This document shows, one piece after another, positions 61,580 through 64,000 of a stretch of 64,000 nucleotides of DNA. The position numbers were made by a program, and so were the translations under genes. The notes under the pieces were generated by a model. It did no database searches. It worked only from the letters and a program-made list of their open reading frames with translations, and was not told where the DNA came from. Position 1 is the first letter of the stretch, and the number at the start of each line of letters is the position of its first letter. Source of the DNA: Octopus sinensis (taxonomy: Eukaryota); contig NC_043000.1 of the NCBI RefSeq assembly GCF_006345805.1, positions 62,558,001-62,622,000 on the forward strand. The letters run 5' to 3'.

Positions 61580-64000
61580 CTCCCAGGGCTCCACTATAGG
61601 TGGTGTTGGTGTTCTCCTGTCTCCAAGAGCCTCAGGGAACTTGCTCTCTGACCGCATAAATGTTGCCGAGCTGAGTAGTAACCCTCAAACCACATTTATT
61701 GCGTGTTACTGCCCAACTAACACAAGTTATGAGAAACTTGCAGACAAGTTCTGCTCCAATCTGAAGGGAGTAATGGAAAATATCCCTTCTCACAGCTTCC
61801 TTAGACATTCCAGCACCCATCTGGATCTTATTCACAAATTGACTTGTGAGAAACAAGTATATCAGTGTCCGAAATAAACAGGCATATTCCTCCTTCGCAT
61901 CCGTTGGCTCAGATCATAGAGTTGTTTCCTTATGCACTGTTCATCAAAACCACCAGTCCCAAACCCCATGACACAGGTGGACTGGTCCAAAGTATCATCA
62001 GATAAAATCGTAGCGCACTCATTAGCAACAGATGTTAAAAACCGTTTTGAAATGCTCTCAGGGAACACTGGCGACATTGAAACACAATATAATAACTTCG
62101 TTACAGCCACAGAAGATATTGCCCTTTCAAAACTACCAAAGAAGGAAAGAATAAAGCCCAGATCAATTCATGCAGATGATCGTGTGAGATAAGCAAGGAA
62201 GCATCTAGAAAGATCGAAACTTAGACATGAACAGAGGCCTACTAAAAATAACTTCAAAGATGCTTCTAAAGCTCAAGGAACACAAGATGAGGCATATGCC
62301 AATGTAGAAACAGATTACATTCTAGCTGAGATTAACAAAATTACAAAACTTGCATACTGCAAAGCAACATGCTGCAGTATGGGAATTAATAAACACTAAC
62401 TGGAAGAAAATTTAAGCCCTCCCCACTTCAGGCTTAAAGGTTGTTCCTCTGAGAAGCGCAAGGCCAACTGGTTTGACCACTTTCAGAAACTTCTTGCAGA
62501 AGCACCACAAACAAGCGGTCTTCCATTTCCTCTACACCAAATATTATTAGACATCAACACGGACCTTTTCACATTGGATGAGCTCAAAGTAGCTCTCAGT
62601 AGTTTTGCTAACAATAAATCTCCAGGACTCGATAACATACCAACTTTACTGTAGAAATATCCAATATTTCATGAAACCTTACTAGGTTTCTGCAACGACA
62701 CATATGCACATCAATTGCCTCCATCAGCTTGGTTAAAGAGCGAAATTGTCCCTGTCCCAAAACAATGGTGATCTAACAAGTGCAGCAAATTATAGAGGCA
62801 TTACGTTGATCCCAATGGCAGCAAGAAGTTTTAAGAAACTTTTGCTTAATAGGAGTGTACCTATGCTTGATCCGCTTCGTAAGAATCAGAATGGATTTAG
62901 AAGAGGCCGGTCAACAACTGCTCAAATTCTCTCCATCCGTCGCATACTGAAAGAAATGAAAGAGTTTAACAAGAGCATCTCAATCTGTTTTGTCGACTTT
63001 CGCAAAGCATTTGATTCCATCAGCAGAGATCTTATGTTTAAAATCCTTGCACTCTATGATATTCTTCCCAGGATTGTTGATGCTATCAGAGCGCTGTACA
63101 CAAACACCACTGCCACAGTTGTACCTCTTGATGAAGAGACTGATTTCTTTGAAGTTGAAGGAGGTGTTCTGCAGGGTGACACACTCGTTCCTTTCTTGTT
63201 CATCATTGTTCTCGTCTATGTTCTACGCATTTCCCTAGACGGTATGGAGGAAAAGGCACTCCTTTTGAAACGCCGTCAGAGCACTTGGCATTGTGCACAA
63301 TATTTGTCTGATCTTGACTTTGCTGACGATCTTGCCTTGATATCCCATTGTATTAAAGATGCAGAACCTTTGTTACAAGTACTGGAGAAAGCAGCAAACC
63401 AGGTCGGCCTTTACTGCAACGAGAGTAATACAGAGTTTATCACGACCTCCTCCAAGTTAACTGAACTTAAATCGTTCAATAATATATCAATCAAAAACGT
63501 TGACGACTTCAAATATCTTGGATCACACATAGTAGACTCCCAAAAGAACTTTCGCATCCGCAAAGCTCTTGCTTGGAATGCATGTAACAGACTTGATACG
63601 ATCTGGCACTCAGACCTTCCAACCACGTTAAAAGTTAAAATATTTAGAACACTGATTGAGATGGTCCTTCTCTGTGGATCAGAGACCTGGACCTTATCGG
63701 CTCTTAGAAAAACAACTAGATGGAACATATACCAAACTGCTCAGAAAGATACAGAACATCAGTTAGAGATCGCACCCAGCACTTAGTAAAATCTACGGAA
63801 ATCTGATACCAATATCCCTCAAGCTGAAGCAGAAATGGCTACAATTTGCTGGCTACTGTCATCAAGCAGTGAAAGAGGTTATCTCATCCCTGATCCTATG
63901 GCATCCCTCTGAAAGTGTTTTCTCCAGGAAACTGACATTCCCAGATACTATATATCGGGACTCAGTGCTGGATAGTAGATATCTGTGTGGAAAAGGATTG
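61580..64000 (+). mobile_element. 5'-truncated RTE/RTEX-type LINE (APE fragment plus RT), decayed; continues beyond the window
   Basis: GGVGVLLSPRA, TTFIACYCPTN (APE); NKSPGLDNIP, NYRGITL, RKNQNGFRRGRST, FVDFRKAFDSI, GVLQGDTL, DLDFADDLAL, FKYLGS (RT); stops and frameshifts upstream of 62746. Confidence 0.9.

Noticed and set aside
62746-63786. 346-aa ORF as an intact gene
   Set aside because: It is the RT segment of a decayed RTE-type LINE, with upstream stops and frameshifts and no true start

Overview
This window is 64 kb of AT-rich eukaryotic DNA saturated with microsatellites and transposons. The SINE families and repeat landscape fit a cephalopod (Octopus) genome best; that is inference from sequence style, not a search result. 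I can support no intact host protein-coding gene, rRNA, functional tRNA or CRISPR array. Nearly all ORF-track entries are translations of simple repeats or pieces of decayed mobile elements. The recognisable content is: (i) many R4/Dong-clade non-LTR retrotransposon copies, most beside (TAA)n arrays, including a tandemly duplicated unit at 26.9-32.0 kb; (ii) several L1-clade Tx1-like LINE copies, two of them in (GATA)n arrays; (iii) a 5'-truncated RTE-type LINE running off the right edge; (iv) Penelope-like remnants; (v) DNA transposons, namely a Chapaev3 element with both termini and a TTA TSD, three mariner relics, a maT-like fragment, a piggyBac MITE and two non-autonomous Helitrons; (vi) at least three tRNA-derived SINE families and an unclassified ~540-bp repeat. 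The most interesting observation is a tRNA-headed SINE at 2279-2729. It carries a Penelope-type minimal hammerhead-ribozyme fold and is preceded by an inverted copy of its own 3' tail, which suggests a SINE mobilised by Penelope-like machinery. Next come a SINE that shares its 3' tail with the Tx1-like LINE, and apparent partitioning of microsatellite targets between LINE clades.
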